Numbered from the stretch's first letter, positions 1-13,037 are shown. The stretch: DNA of 64,000 nt from an uncultured Gammaproteobacteria bacterium (GCA_963773065.1 CAVYZN010000022.1:13113-77112); one strand, 5' to 3'. The notes: a model not told the origin generated them from the letters alone. Numbers and translations: made by a program.

Positions 1-305
1 ACGCGGTGGAACGCTCGCTGCTGAGTTGCCGAACGGACACCATCGGTATCGACGATCTCCCGGACAAGGTCACCGGAGGCGGCCTGTCAATCCGGCGGCA
101 CACCGTCGGGCCGACGCAACTGGGTGCGGACGGCCTTGACGCCTGGTTGGAGGAGGCGGAACGCACACTGATTACCGGCGCGCTGACCGAGTGCGGCGGC
201 ATCCAGGTGCAGGCGGCGCGGCGGCTTGGCATCAGCGAACGCAGTTTGTGGCATCGACTGAAGAAACTGGGCATACAGGTCGAGCGCATCGTGCAGCGCG
301 AATGA
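1..305 (+). CDS. C-terminal part of a sigma54-dependent (NtrC/Fis-type) transcriptional regulator, 5' truncated by window edge
   Basis: End of AAA+ region followed by Fis-type HTH (LEEAERTLITGAL...QVQAARRLGISERSLWHRLKKLGI). Confidence 0.8.
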   Translation, partial: AVERSLLSCRTDTIGIDDLPDKVTGGGLSIRRHTVGPTQLGADGLDAWLEEAERTLITGALTECGGIQVQAARRLGISERSLWHRLKKLGIQVERIVQRE

Positions 306-321
306 AGCGCACCGGCATAAC

Positions 322-390
322 TGCAGGGATGCACGACTACAGGGACGATGCACAGGGAAGTGCAAGTGTCGCAAGAGGCGCAGGCGGTCC
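322..390. repeat. Dispersed MITE/REP-like repeat fragment (family A)
   Basis: cagggacgatgcacagggaagtgcaagtgtcgc (340-372) matches 31414-31446 at 32/33 nt. Confidence 0.65.
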
Positions 391-611
391 TCACGCTGCC
401 TGCGCCAGACCGGGTAAACAAAGCCAATAGCGGCAATGATGCCGGATCAGTCTCGACACCCCGTCAACTGGTTTCATGGCGGCAAGGGGCAGTTGCCATA
501 CTGCATCCCGCGCGGCAATGATTTGCTTATGGCTAGAGCGGGTTCGGCGGTAGAATAGCGCACCAGCACTCCTGAAACCCACTTCTTTTACTCCCAGAAC
601 CCAGTACCCTT

Positions 612-2068
612 ATGACAAGCACCCAACCAAAACGCCCTGAACTGCGCAAGACCAAGATCGTCGCCACCATCGGGCCGGCCTGCGATACACCGGAGATGCT
701 CACCGCCATGATCGAGGCCGGCATGACCGTGGCGCGCCTCAACCTATCCCATGGCACCCACGCCGAGCACAAGGAACGCATCGACCGCCTGCGCGCCGCC
801 GCCCAGAAGGCCGGTGCGCACGTCGCCATCATGATCGATACCCGGGGCATCGAGATACGCACCAAAAAACTATCGAACGGCAGCGCCGAACTCGCCCCCG
901 GCGCCACGTTCACCCTCTACACCGATGATCGCCTCGGCGATGCCACGGGAGCGGCGATAACCTACCGGAAGCTACCGGAAGAAGTCCGGGCGGGCACCCC
1001 GATCCTGCTCGATGACGGGGCAATCGAACTGGAAGTCAGATCGGTCGCGGACGGCGCCATCGTCTGCCGTGTGGTCCATGGCGGACGGCTCGGCAACAAC
1101 AAGAGCGTCAATCTGCCCGAGACCCGCCTGGCCCTCAGCGCGGTCAGCCCGGAGAACCGCGAGGACGTGGTCAGAGAGTTGAGCTTTGCCAGAGAGAATG
1201 ACGTGGACTACATTGCGGCTTCCTTCATCCAGTCCGCCGACGATATCCACAAGATGCGGGAGATCCTCACCGAACACGGGGTTACCATTCCCATCATCGC
1301 CAAGATCGAAAATAAGGCCGGGGTGGCCAACCTGGACGAAATCGTCGAGGCCGCCGACGGCGTCATGGTCGCCCGCGGCGACCTGGGCGTGGAACTGCCG
1401 CTCGCCGATGTTCCCAGCACCCAGAAGAAGATCATCCGCATGACCGTCAGCAACGGCAAACCGGTGATCACCGCCACGCAGATGCTGGCCTCCATGGAGC
1501 ACAATCCGAAACCGACCCGCGCCGAGGCCAGTGACGTGGCCAATGCGATCCTGGACGGTACCTCCGCGGTGATGCTCTCGGGCGAGACCGCAGCCGGAAA
1601 ATATCCCCTGCAGGCGGTGAAGACCATGGCGACGGTGGCCCTGCGGGCCGAGGCCTCGCTGAGTGAATACGGCTACCTGCAGAAAATCAAGCCCAACCCT
1701 TCCAATGTGGTGACCGAGGCGGTGAGCCAGGCAACCGTCACCATGACGAACCACCTCAAGGCGGCGGCCATCATCAGCCTCACCGAGACCGGCTTCACCT
1801 CGCGCCAGATCTCGAAATACCGGCCGTACTGCCCGATCCTGGCCATCACTTCCTCGCCCGTGGTGGCGCGCAAGCTGTCGATCAACTGGGGGTGATACCC
1901 GTGCTCTACGATGGCGAACCCACGGACAACGCCCGCATCGCCTTCGCGATCGCGCGCGCCCGGGAACTGCTGAACGTCGGCGCCGGCGACATCCTGGTGG
2001 TGACGGCCGGCCAGCACCAAAAGGCCGGCGGCACCGATCTGATCCGGGTCATCACGCTGGAAAATTAA
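612..2068 (+). CDS. pyk: Pyruvate kinase (one apparent frameshift in a G-run near 1890)
   Basis: KTKIVATIGPA, ARLNLSHG, IIAKIEN, MVARGDLGVE, TATQMLASM, VMLSGETAAG; C-terminus (GGTDLIRVITLEN*) continues in another frame to TAA at 2066-2068. Confidence 0.95.
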
Positions 2069-2082
2069 GAAACATCTGAGTA

Positions 2083-2220
2083 AGTCAACCCCGCGAAAGC
2101 GGGGATCCAGGACTTCACTGATTCTGCACAGACTGGATTATTCGCTTCGCTCACCCTTCGGGCCGCCCTCTGGGCGTTCAACGCGCTGCGCGCTTTTGTC
2201 CCGCTTTCGCGGTAATGACA
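2083..2220. repeat. Palindromic REP-like element with nested inner hairpins between convergent genes
   Basis: Outer arms ccccgcgaaagcggggatccag ... ctggat...tcccgctttcgcggtaatgac; related to 30807-30884. Confidence 0.6.
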
Positions 2221-2278
2221 GGTTTAATCAGAACGTCACCCTGGATTTCCCGCCTGGCGTTGCACGGAGCGACTCCCT

Positions 2279-3117
2279 TCAGTCTTGCAGCGCCCGTGCA
2301 TGATAAGCCAGGTGCTCGCCGATGAAGCTGGCGATGAAGTGATAGCTGTGGTCGTAGCCCTCCTGCCAGCGCAGGGCAAGCGGGAAATCATGACGGGCGC
2401 AGACCGCCTCCAGGTTGCGCGGATAAAGCTGCTCGGCAAGAAATTCATCCGCGGTGCCCTGATCGATCAATAGGGGCATGGGCTCTGCGCCCCGCCTCGA
2501 TGAGGCAGGTCGCATCCCAGGCTTCCCAGTCCTCGCGCCGCTCGCCCAGGTAAGCGGTGAAGCAACCCTCGCCCCAGCCGCTTCTGACCGGGTTGCAGAT
2601 CGGCGCGAAGGCGGACACCGAGCGGTAGGCGCCGCGGATTTTTCAGAGCGCAGAGGAGCGCGCCATGGCCTCCCATGGAATGCCCGGTGACGGACTTCAC
2701 GCCGGGGATGAGCGGCAGGCCGGCCTCGACCAGCGCCGGCAGTTCCCGGGTGACGTAGTCGTACATGTGGTAGTGCGCCGACCAGGGCGCTTGGGTGGCG
2801 TTGACGTAGAAGCCCGCCCCCTGGCCGAGGTCGTAGCGCTCCTTGACATCGGGCACCTCCGTCCCGCGCGGGCTGGTGTCCGGGATGACGAGCGCAAGCC
2901 CGAGTTCGGCCGCGTAGCGCTGCGCGCCGGCCTTGACGCGGAAATTGTCGTCCGTGCAGGTCAGACCGGACAGCCAGTACACCGCCGGCACCCGGCGCGA
3001 CTGCGCCTGCGGCGGCAGGTAGACGGAAAAGGTCATGGCGCAGTGGCAGCTCTCCGAGGCATGCCGGTAGCGCTCCAGCCAGCCGCCAAATTCCCGGATG
3101 CGTTCGATGCGTTCCAT
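2279..3117 (-). CDS. fghA: S-formylglutathione hydrolase (frameshifted)
   Basis: YWLSGLTCTDDNF, PDTSPRG, GHSMGGHGA nucleophile elbow, QEGYDHSYHFIASF; directly downstream of frmA. Confidence 0.93.
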
Positions 3118-3128
3118 GGTCAGGGCTT

Positions 3129-4240
<1,112 letters not shown>

Positions 4241-4428
4241 CAGTCATTCCTCCCGTGAAAAGTCACGTAGTCTACCACCCGCCGTTCCCGGAATTCGAAC
4301 CGTTGCCTTTCTCCCCTCGCAAACGCTCCATCGACGACTTTGCCAGGCGCTTACGGTTGTGTCGAAACGGGGACGGCATTTCCGGGGTCGTCAACCATGC
4401 TATGACACAAATGCGCGGAGTAATCCGG

Positions 4429-5272
4429 CTACTCACCCGCCAGTTCCACGATGCGATAAATCGGCTCTCCCGTGTCTGAAACGAGAGGCGCGAAACAGTC
4501 GAGCGCCGCACGCACCTCATCCCGCAGTTTCCACGGCGGGTTGACCACAATCATGCCGGCACCCGTCATCCCTCTGCCGTTGTGCTTCGAGGTGAGGCAG
4601 ACCTCGTAGAGGTGTATGCGGCGCATGCCGCTGTTGATAAAAGCCGCTTCCAGTGCCTTCACGCGATGAGGTTCCACCAGCGGATACCACAGGGCATAGA
4701 CACCGGTCGCAAAACGCCTGTGCAGGGCCTGAACATGGGCGGCTACCCGGGCGTAGTCGTGCTTGATTTCGTAGGAGGGGTCAAGGAGTACCAGAGCGCG
4801 TCTTTCAAGCGGAGGAATCAGCGCAAGGCTGCGATCGAAGCCGTCCTCGAAGTGGCAGCAGACGCGCCTGTCCTTCTCAAAAAGCCGCTGCAGGCGCGGA
4901 AAATCCTGCGGGTGTAGCTCGCACAGATCCAGCCGATCCTGCGTGCGCAGCACTCGCCGGGCGAACCAGGGAGAACCGGGGTAATGTCGCAGGGCATCGC
5001 CCGCATTGCATTCCGCCACCAGCTCACCGATAAGCGGCCAAGGCCACGGGGAGATCATTACGCCCCCAGAGCATCCCGATGCCGTTGCGGTATTCACCGG
5101 TCGTGCCGGCTTCCGCGGAATCCAGACGATAAACGCCCGCACCGGCATGGGTGTCGATATAACGAACCGGAGCCGGTTTTTGTGTCAGATGGGCAAGGAT
5201 GCGGCACACGACCAGGTGTTTCAGGACATCGGCATAGTTGCCGGCGTGAAAGGCATGACGATAGCTAAGCAT
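4429..5272 (-). CDS. rlmJ: 23S rRNA m6A2030 methyltransferase (frameshifted)
   Basis: MLSYRHAFHAGNYADVLKH, YIDTHAGAG, YPGSPW, LDPSYEIKHDY, ALWYP, GMIVVNPPW. Confidence 0.92.
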
Positions 5273-5531
5273 ACCGGGTTGGCTCACACTGACGGGATTC
5301 CAGGGCGGGAGTTCACGCCTGCGATCCCGCAGATTGTATACCTGTCTTCACCGGGTCGCGCCGGATCGCGGTCGAAGCAACCGCGACGGGCATATGGGCA
5401 AGACGCAAGACGCGGGCATACCGTCCCGGGTTTGCCATGTCCGGCTGCTGGCCGCGCGGGTGCCGAACCTCGCCCATGAGGTAATGGCCTGAATGTGCCA
5501 TATGCCCACGACACCCGGTCCTTGGGCACGG

Positions 5532-5602
5532 AGGCCGGCAATGACTCTATAATCGGGCGCCTTATCCGTCACCCCACGGTAATTCCCATGACCGCCATCG
5601 GC
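5532..5602 (+). repeat. Diverged duplicate of the purT upstream region and first codons
   Basis: 61/71 nt identical to 7013-7083, including ctctataatcgggcgcc and ATGACCGCCATCGGC. Confidence 0.8.
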
Positions 5603-5643
5603 CCCCAGTGGATCGAATTCCTGCGGCAGTCCGGGTCGTCGCT

Positions 5644-6675
5644 CTAATCGCCCGTTTGTTCGGTCAGGGTGACCTCGAGATTCAGGATGCTGGTGCGGCG
5701 CAGCACGCTCAGCGTTACGGCGGTACCGAGCGGCGAGTTGCCGAGCGCGCGATGCAAATCGTCCACGGACAGCACCGGTTTGCCATTCACCGCCAGCACC
5801 ACATCGCCGCTGTGCAAACCGGCCGCGGCGGCGGGCCCGTTGGCCTCCAGCGACATCACCTCCACGACGCGCGTCTGCTCGATCTCGAGCATGCGCGCCA
5901 GGCGGCGATCGAGCGCACGCTCGCGTGCGGCGATGCCCAGATAACCGCGCCGCACGCGTCCGTGCTGAAGTATCTGTGACAGTACCCAGTGCGCGGTATT
6001 GGCGGGGATCGCGAAACCGAGGCCCTGCGCCATGGCGATAATGGCGGTATTGATGCCGACCGCCTTGCCGTGCGAGTCGAGCAGCGGACCGCCGGAGTTG
6101 CCGGGATTGAGCGGCGCGGTGTGCTGCACGATGTTCTCGATCAGGCGCCCGCTTTCGGAACGCATCGCGCGCCCGAGCGCGCTGACCACGCCGGTGGACA
6201 CGCTCGATTCGAAACCGAGCGGGTTGCCCATGGCGATGACGAGCTGGCCGACGCGCAGCCGGCTCGAATCGCCGAGCGAGGCGTACGGCAGCCCCGCGGC
6301 TTGCGCCCGGATCACTGCCAGATCGGTTGCGGCGTCGCCGCCGATGACGGCGGCCGGGAAGTCCGAACCGTCGGTGAGCTTTACCGCAACCCGGTTGGCG
6401 CCGTTGACCACGTGGTGGTTGGTGAGGATATAGCCGTCCGGCGCGACGATCACACCCGAGCCGGCGCCGTGTTGCTCACCGCGCCGCGTGGATTTTTCCA
6501 CGTCGATATTCACCACCGCCGGGCCGACGGTATCGACCACGTTGATGACCGCGCGCGAATAGGCGTCGAGCAATTCGGTATCGGCGGTGCTGGTGGTGCG
6601 CATGCCCGACGCCCGATCGACATTGCCGCCGGCGTCGTTACCAACCAGAAGGGGAAGCCAACGTTTTTGTTTCAT
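5644..6675 (-). CDS. HtrA/DegP-like trypsin serine protease with one PDZ domain
   Basis: GSGVIV, LTNHHVV (His), DLAVI (Asp), NPGNSGGPL (Ser), C-terminal PDZ; no clear signal peptide. Confidence 0.9.
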   Translation of the reverse strand: MKQKRWLPLLVGNDAGGNVDRASGMRTTSTADTELLDAYSRAVINVVDTVGPAVVNIDVEKSTRRGEQHGAGSGVIVAPDGYILTNHHVVNGANRVAVKLTDGSDFPAAVIGGDAATDLAVIRAQAAGLPYASLGDSSRLRVGQLVIAMGNPLGFESSVSTGVVSALGRAMRSESGRLIENIVQHTAPLNPGNSGGPLLDSHGKAVGINTAIIAMAQGLGFAIPANTAHWVLSQILQHGRVRRGYLGIAARERALDRRLARMLEIEQTRVVEVMSLEANGPAAAAGLHSGDVVLAVNGKPVLSVDDLHRALGNSPLGTAVTLSVLRRTSILNLEVTLTEQTGD

Positions 6676-7068
6676 GATTTATCAATGTCGGGGCGCGAAC
6701 GCCGATTTTCAAATCGGTGCAAGTACAAGTCCCTGATTTGCCTGTGGCAATAAAAACCGCATCCGCGGCCTTTGTTGCGCGCGAAACGGCAGATCGTTCG
6801 AGGAACCTTGCTGAGCAAGTGGCAACTTCATCATCCCGGCGACAGCCGGTATCCCGCATCGTCCTGATGACCGAATGGGTGAAGTTGTAGCGTAGCGCGC
6901 ATAGAGCACCCTGCTTCCCGCGTTCGGCGCTGGCTGCGCATGAGCCGATAATCGTCCATTAGACAAGGCATGTAGGCGCAGTACAGCCACGGCAATCATC
7001 CCTTTAACGCCAAGGCCGGTGATTACTCTATAATCGGGCGCCTGACACGCCACCCCAAGGTGATCCCC

Positions 7069-8250
7069 ATGACCGCCATCGGCACTCCCCTCTCCCCTTC
7101 CGCGACGCGCGTGCTGTTCTGCGGCGGCGGCGAACTCGGCAAGGAAGTGGTGATCGAACTGCAAAGACTCGGTGTGGAGGTGATCGTCGTCGATCGCTAC
7201 CGCAATGCTCCCGCCATGCAGGTGGCGCATCGCAGCTATGCGATCTCCATGCTGGATGGCGCGGCCCTGCGTGCCGTGATCGAGCAGGAAAGACCCGACT
7301 ATATCGTCCCCGAAATCGAGGCCATCGCCACGGACGCCCTGGTGGCGCTGGAAGCGCAAGGTTATACCGTGATACCGACGGCCCGCGCGGCGCGCCTGAC
7401 CATGAACCGCGAGGGCATACGTCGCCTGGCCGCGGAGGACCTGGGCATCAAGACATCGCCCTACCGCTTTGCCGGCACCCGCGGGGAATTCGACCAGGCC
7501 GTCGCGGAAATCGGTCTGCCCTGCGTGGTGAAGCCCATCATGAGTTCCTCCGGCAAGGGCCAGAGCACCGTTGCCGGGCCGGCAGATATCAATCCGGCCT
7601 GGGAGTACGCTCAGGCCGGCGGCCGCGGCGGCGCCGGCAAGGTGATCGTCGAGGGCTTCGTGGATTTCGATTTCGAGATCACGCAGCTCACTTTGCGCCA
7701 CGCGGGCGGCACCAGCTTCTGCGAACCGATCGGTCATGTGCAGATTAACGGCGACTATCGCCAGTCATGGCAGCCCCAGCCCATGAGCGAGACGGCGCTG
7801 GAGACGGCGCGCGCCATCGCCGGCACGATCACCGGCGCACTCGGAGGCCGCGGCATCTTCGGCGTGGAGTTGTTCATCAAGGGTGATGAGGTCATCTTCA
7901 GCGAGGTCTCGCCGCGGCCACATGATACCGGCATGGTCACCCTGATCTCCCAGGACCTGTCGCAATTCGCTTTGCACGCCCGCGCCATACTCGGCCTGCC
8001 GGTACCGAATATCCATTTCCACGGACCGTCCGCCTCCAGCGTCATCCTCGTCGAAGGCGAATCGACACAGGTGAGCTACGGCAATCTGGAAGCCGTACTC
8101 AAGGCGCCTGACACGCAACTGCGCCTGTTCGGAAAACCCGATGTCAGCGGCTACCGCCGCATGGGTGTGGCGCTGGCGCGGGGCGAGTCCGTCGAAGCGG
8201 CGCTGCAGAAGGCCAGGCGGGCTTCGGAAGCGGTAGTAATTACCCTCTAG
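7069..8250 (+). CDS. purT: Formate-dependent phosphoribosylglycinamide formyltransferase
   Basis: [56 protein letters not shown]. Confidence 0.96.
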   Translation: MTAIGTPLSPSATRVLFCGGGELGKEVVIELQRLGVEVIVVDRYRNAPAMQVAHRSYAISMLDGAALRAVIEQERPDYIVPEIEAIATDALVALEAQGYTVIPTARAARLTMNREGIRRLAAEDLGIKTSPYRFAGTRGEFDQAVAEIGLPCVVKPIMSSSGKGQSTVAGPADINPAWEYAQAGGRGGAGKVIVEGFVDFDFEITQLTLRHAGGTSFCEPIGHVQINGDYRQSWQPQPMSETALETARAIAGTITGALGGRGIFGVELFIKGDEVIFSEVSPRPHDTGMVTLISQDLSQFALHARAILGLPVPNIHFHGPSASSVILVEGESTQVSYGNLEAVLKAPDTQLRLFGKPDVSGYRRMGVALARGESVEAALQKARRASEAVVITL

Positions 8251-8569
8251 CCCCGGGAACAGATCCCGGGCGTCCACCCTCGACGCCACGGTCCGGTCCT
8301 CACCGACGGCGGCCGGGGTGGAGTGATGCATGTTGCGCCGTCAATTCGGGTGAATCGCCGGCACGCCTTGTTAAGAATCGATAGGCATACCGAGTGTGCC
8401 ATGGTCTGGCAGCAAGCACTGGGCATATGGATCATCTTTATATTTGACGCCGTATCCGACAAGTGCGATAAGGTTAATCGGTCTGCCTGCCGGCGATAGT
8501 GACGTTGAGTCTGCGTTATCTATACTTAGACGGCAGCGACACTTGAATAACTAGACAGAGGATTAGCAT

Positions 8570-9125
8570 ATGCGAAACAAGGCAATAAAATTCAGTGCGG
8601 TTATTGTGACATCCAGTCTACTGCTTGCCGGTACCGCCCATGCGTTTGATATGGGCAACATGATGAGCCCATCCAAATGGATGGGCGGCAACAAAGACAA
8701 TGATCGCAACGATGATTACGGCGGTCCCGGCGGCTATGGCGGTGGTCCCGGCTATGGCGGTGGTCGGCTATGGCGGTGGTCCCGGCTATGGCGGTTATGG
8801 CGGTGGTCCCGGCTACGGCGGCGGTGGACCCGGCGGTTATGGCGGTGGACCCGGCGGTTATGGCGGTGGACCCGGCGGCTACGGCGGTGACACCGGCTAC
8901 GGCGGCGGTGGTCCCGGCTACGGCGGCGCTCCCGGCTACGGCGGCGCTCCCGGCTATGGCGGCGCTCCCGGCTACGGCGGCGCTCCCGGTTATGGCGGCG
9001 CTCCCGCTTACAGCGCGCCGGCAGCGGGTTCCAGTTCCGCTTCTGATGCAGCGGAAATCGAACGCCTGAAGGCGCGCATCAAAAAGCTGGAAGAAAACAA
9101 CCAATGGGCAAAACCAACCCGTTAA
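8570..9125 (+). CDS. Secreted Gly/Tyr/Pro-rich protein, sulfur-globule-protein-like (paralog 1; indel near 8765)
   Basis: RBS gagga, signal peptide ending AHA, FDMGNMMSPSKW motif, GGPGYG/GGAPGY repeats, C-terminal AAEIERLKARIKKLEE coiled coil. Confidence 0.75.
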
Positions 9126-9129
9126 TAAG

Positions 9130-9166
9130 AAAGCGGGGCTGGTTGACCACCAGCCCCGCTTTTTTT
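9130..9166 (+). terminator. Rho-independent terminator
   Basis: aaagcggggctggt-tgacc-accagccccgcttt followed by T-run, right after the stop codon. Confidence 0.9.
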
Positions 9167-9279
9167 CAGCTTCGAGAAACAAAGTACTCTCAACCGGCAG
9201 GCTTCTGCCCAACGGGGCGCATATCATTCCCATTTCCTGTTCAGGATTGCTGATGCTACGCGCCCGTAGATGCTTCCGT

Positions 9280-9446
9280 TCACCGGTCAGATGCACCGGA
9301 TCCAGGGGAATACTAAGGCCAATGGACACATCAGAACACAACGGCATGAAATCGACAAAGCGGTCCAGCGTGTTGGCCAACCAGTCATGCCGTTTGTGAA
9401 GACCGTCGTAGCGCACCTCCTGGCCCAGCAGGCAACTGCTTAGGAC
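9280..9446 (-). pseudogene. Remnant of a DUF523 (2-thiouracil desulfurase-like) gene
   Basis: LSSCLLGQEVRYDGLHKRHDWL...FVDFMPLCSDVSIGLSIP resembles the DUF523 N-terminus (SSCLLGxxVRYDG...CPEV.GL) with degraded CPE; no full-length gene. Confidence 0.6.
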
Positions 9447-9510
9447 TAGTTGTGGGTGGACGTATACGATGCGCCCGAAATCAGGGCTGTGCATTGCCCT
9501 CGTCAGTCGA

Positions 9511-10137
9511 TTACCAGAACACCAGCAGCGTGTCGTCCTGCAGCTTGTGTTCGAATTCATTCAGCGGACGATCCCCGATCGCGACACACTCGCCGCTGGA
9601 CACATCAAACACCCATTTGTGCTTGGGGCAGGTCAGGCGTGTGCCTTCCAGCGCCAGATGCGGAATGTTGGTCACCTGGTGCGGGCAGCGGCTGTCATAG
9701 ACACGCAGGCTCCCGCCATCCCGGTAAATGTACAGGTTGCGGCCATCACAATCCTGGTAGGTAATTTCTCCTGATGGCAGATCATCCAGCTTGGCCACCG
9801 TATGCCAGGAAGGCTCGGCGAACAGGTTCTCGGGACGGAATTCGGGGATATCCATATCCAGTAGAATATCCACCGCCCAGACAATCTTGGCGAGGCCCAG
9901 CGTGGGGAAGGCCATCAGCAGGGCATCGAGCACCTCGTTGGCGCTCGCTCCGTTACGCAAAGCGCGGATCAGGTACTGGCGGAATCCCGCTTCGGTCTGT
10001 GAATCAACCTTGGTGATCACCGAGATCAGATCCCGGGTGCGGATATCGAGATGCTTGCCCGCTTCCTTGAGAAACTTGAAGTAGTGGGTGATGGCATCCG
10101 GGCGGGCGGCAACCAGGTAATTGAGTGCATCACTCAT
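9511..10137 (-). CDS. CMD/AhpD-like domain fused to a Rieske [2Fe-2S] domain
   Basis: N-terminal helical CMD-like region (LDIRTRDLISV...ALRNGASANEVLDALL); C-terminal CPHQ...CPKH Rieske ligands. Confidence 0.8.
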   Translation of the reverse strand: MSDALNYLVAARPDAITHYFKFLKEAGKHLDIRTRDLISVITKVDSQTEAGFRQYLIRALRNGASANEVLDALLMAFPTLGLAKIVWAVDILLDMDIPEFRPENLFAEPSWHTVAKLDDLPSGEITYQDCDGRNLYIYRDGGSLRVYDSRCPHQVTNIPHLALEGTRLTCPKHKWVFDVSSGECVAIGDRPLNEFEHKLQDDTLLVFW

Positions 10138-10487
10138 TGTTATCTCCAGTTACGTCATGTCGAGAGGGACAATACTGTAATACCGAGGAAAGTCTGACCA
10201 ATACACACTGTGTCATCCTCGTGCAGTAAGCATGCTCCGTAAAGCTTTCCCTCGCGACAACGATGAACGGGATTGAAATTCTGGAATGCAGTGCTTACAA
10301 CACATGGATTATGGCGCTTCCTACCGCTTTGAGCAGAGCATTACGGCCGGAAGCCGATCCAATTGAATCCCCGCTAATAATTACACATGACCTCGCCTTG
10401 GATCATTCCCCTTAATGTATAGACCGGGGGAAACAAATTCTCATAATCTCAGGCATAAAGCCCTGGATAAAAACCTGGTTCTCCTAA

Positions 10488-11169
10488 TTAGCCGTGATAT
10501 CTCACCGCCTCCACACTCATGCACAGTTCGACGTCGTCGTTGACTACCCGTGACAACGTATCCATGCCGAAGTCTGACCGGTGAATCGTGGTACCGGCCT
10601 TGACCAGAACCTTACCGGCATTCTTCTCGTCCGTATTCCTGATCGGCAACAGTGTGACGTTGAATGTCACCGGCCGGGTGACTCCATGCAGCGTGAGATC
10701 ACCCTTCATCGTGCCCGTGGTCTCGCTCGTCCATGTGAAACCCGTACTGACGAACAGAATTTCAGGGTAGTTCGCCACATCGAAGAAACGCTCGCCCTTC
10801 AGCAGGTACTCGATCATGGAGCCACCGGTATCCAGACTCGCAGTTCTGACCAGAACCATCGCCTGTTCCTTGTGCACCCGAGTGATCCGGCCACAAGGTC
10901 AGCCCGCCCTGGAAAGCCTTGAACTCGGCCTTGACTCGCGCAAACTCACTGTCCACGCAGAAGCCCACCCTCGAGGTATCAGGCTGGATACGGTAGAGAT
11001 GGCCACCCTTGGCCGCGGCCCGCATGGAGTCAATCCGCGACTGCTCCACCTTGCCATTCAGGAAGGGGGCACAGGGTTCCTCTTCCCCGGCATGGCCGCG
11101 TATGCCGGTTGACAGCAACAGCCCTAGAATGAGAACGGTCAGGGTTTTGTGCTCTATCCATACAGTCAC
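10488..11169 (-). CDS. YceI-family periplasmic protein (frameshift near 10880)
   Basis: Signal peptide, YRIQPDTSRVGF, FFDVANYPEILF, GDLTLHGVTRPVTF, IHRSDFGM. Confidence 0.8.
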
Positions 11170-11406
11170 CTCCCTATGTGCAGTACATCAGTAATTTATG
11201 ATATAAAAATATATCGTCAAATCAAACCGAAACATTATGACGCCGTTAACATTTCTGAAAAGTTTCTTTATGTAATTGAAGTATTTACTGGGACAAACTT
11301 TGCTTTTGATAACCTTGAGACATCTTGAGTAATCGGTGGGACTAGTACGCATGGATAGATGCCGGGGGCATGATCACCTGGCCCGAACCGGGTCGGTTAC
11401 CCGCGA

Positions 11407-11560
11407 TTATTTCTTGATTTCGATCTGCAGCTTCCCTATCGAGATCACCATGTTAATTACACCTTCTGCAAAGGATCCCCGGAAACCGGTATCGGCTCCG
11501 TACTCCTCAACCAGGTCGATATTCTTTAACCCGCCCAGCCAGGCATTGGGAATCGGAAGC
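11407..11560 (-). pseudogene. Probable 3' remnant of a hypothetical gene
   Basis: LPIPNAWLGGLKNIDLVEEYG...IGKLQIEIKK* reads like a protein C-terminus with no start upstream. Confidence 0.4.
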
Positions 11561-11651
11561 TAAAGTCTCCCCGCTTTATGACCGATACGATCATGGATAC
11601 TCCCGGGAAGCAGTATCATTGTCGGGTATACTAATCGGGAATAAATAAATC

Positions 11652-12406
11652 ATGAGCATACTCAGTCATATAGCCCTACTGGCAGGACTGATTGCCAGTA
11701 TCTCACTGATATGGTTGGTGGGACGTGCATTCAAAAAGCATGCAGCGTGGGGTATTGCGGTCATGCTCCTCTCCCCGGTGAGTGCCGTGATATTCGCAAT
11801 TAAGCATTGGCAAGACGAGAAGGGCCCATTCCTTGTCTACATCGCGACTTTTATCACCGCTGTCACCCTAGGTCTCTATGTGTTTACCGTGCAGGGTGGG
11901 TGGGATACGGTGCGAACTGCACTTCGCGCACAGCAGAAGATGTACCTGCAGGCATCCAGCGGACAGTATAAAAAGTTCTTCGTGCAGACCAGCCTGAATA
12001 AAGTCAAGGAATCGTCCGCGAATAACCAAGACGCAACATAGCTGAGCCACCGCCGCACGAACAGTCTTCAACGACTCAGGCTGGTCCTGCCGAACTCCCG
12101 ACAAACGCCAGCGATCGAGCGGTGACTGAAGAAAACACTCCCGTGGCAACATCCGGAATATCCACTATCACACCAAAACACTATCGGGCGTCCTACGTGC
12201 CGATTGATCCCTCCGAAGCCGGTAACTACATCGGAATGACCGTCAAGGTGAAACGTCTGGACAGGTCTGAGCAGGATTGCGTGCTCAGGGGTGTTTCATC
12301 CGACGGTCTAAGTTTTGAACAGCACGGACGTGGCGGCATTTTTTCTTTCAAATCCAAGGATAGGGATATTGAGAAATTGAGAGTACTCGTTAAGCAGGAA
12401 TATTGA
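11652..12406 (+). CDS. Hypothetical membrane protein (3 N-terminal TM helices plus small C-terminal beta domain; probably one frameshifted gene)
   Basis: ORFs 11652-12041 (hydrophobic) and 12122-12406 on the same strand. Confidence 0.55.
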
Positions 12407-12633
12407 TTGCTGCTGCGGGTTAGTTATCTGAATTACCAGAGAACATAATAATTTTGGATCATAGCAGATGATAAGTAGAATCATTTGTTATGAGCCTTTT
12501 AATTTGTCTATTTATTTGACGTAATGACCCGTAAGTGAGATAAACTCCGAAGTTCGTGTCATTGGCCGCAATAAAGCTGCAGCGATGATTATCCAGAGTG
12601 GTTTATACAAATAGATGCGGAGGATCCGATCCA

Positions 12634-13004
12634 GTGAAATATAGCGCAAGAAAGTACCGCGGAATTATTGTCATGATCAGTTTGCTGTTAGCCAACACAG
12701 CACACGCGTTCGATATGGGGAATATGATGAATCCGTCCAAGTGGGTGGGTAGCAACAGGGACGACGATGATTATGACCGTCGCGGTTATGGGTATGGCGG
12801 GTATGGCGGGCCCGGTTGGGGGTTACCCGGGCTACGGATATGGCGGGCCGGGTTGGGGGGGTTACCCTGGGGGCTACGGTTATGGCGCCCCGGGTTGGGG
12901 GGGTTACCCTGGGGGTTACGGTTACGGTGCTCCCGGTTACGGCTATCCAGGGCTACGGAGCCGGCGCCTCGCAAGGCAATTCTCCCCCACGCGAAATCCA
13001 GTAA
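12634..13004 (+). CDS. Secreted Gly/Tyr/Pro/Trp-rich protein, sulfur-globule-protein-like (paralog 2; G-run indels)
   Basis: RBS ggagg, GTG start, signal peptide ending AHA, FDMGNMMNPSKW, repeats PGWGGYPGGYGYG, end SPPREIQ*. Confidence 0.75.
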
Positions 13005-13037
13005 CCGTAAGAGACTATCAAACAACCCTAGATATGA

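Noticed and set aside
1885-1900. Programmed frameshift or selenocysteine readthrough in pyk and other genes
   Set aside because: The break lies in a G homopolymer and the protein continues in another frame; indels are widespread.
8715-9010. CRISPR-like or non-coding tandem repeat array (also 12790-12960 and 17975-18140)
   Set aside because: Repeats are codon-phased Gly/Tyr/Pro units with wobble variation, no unique spacers and no cas genes.
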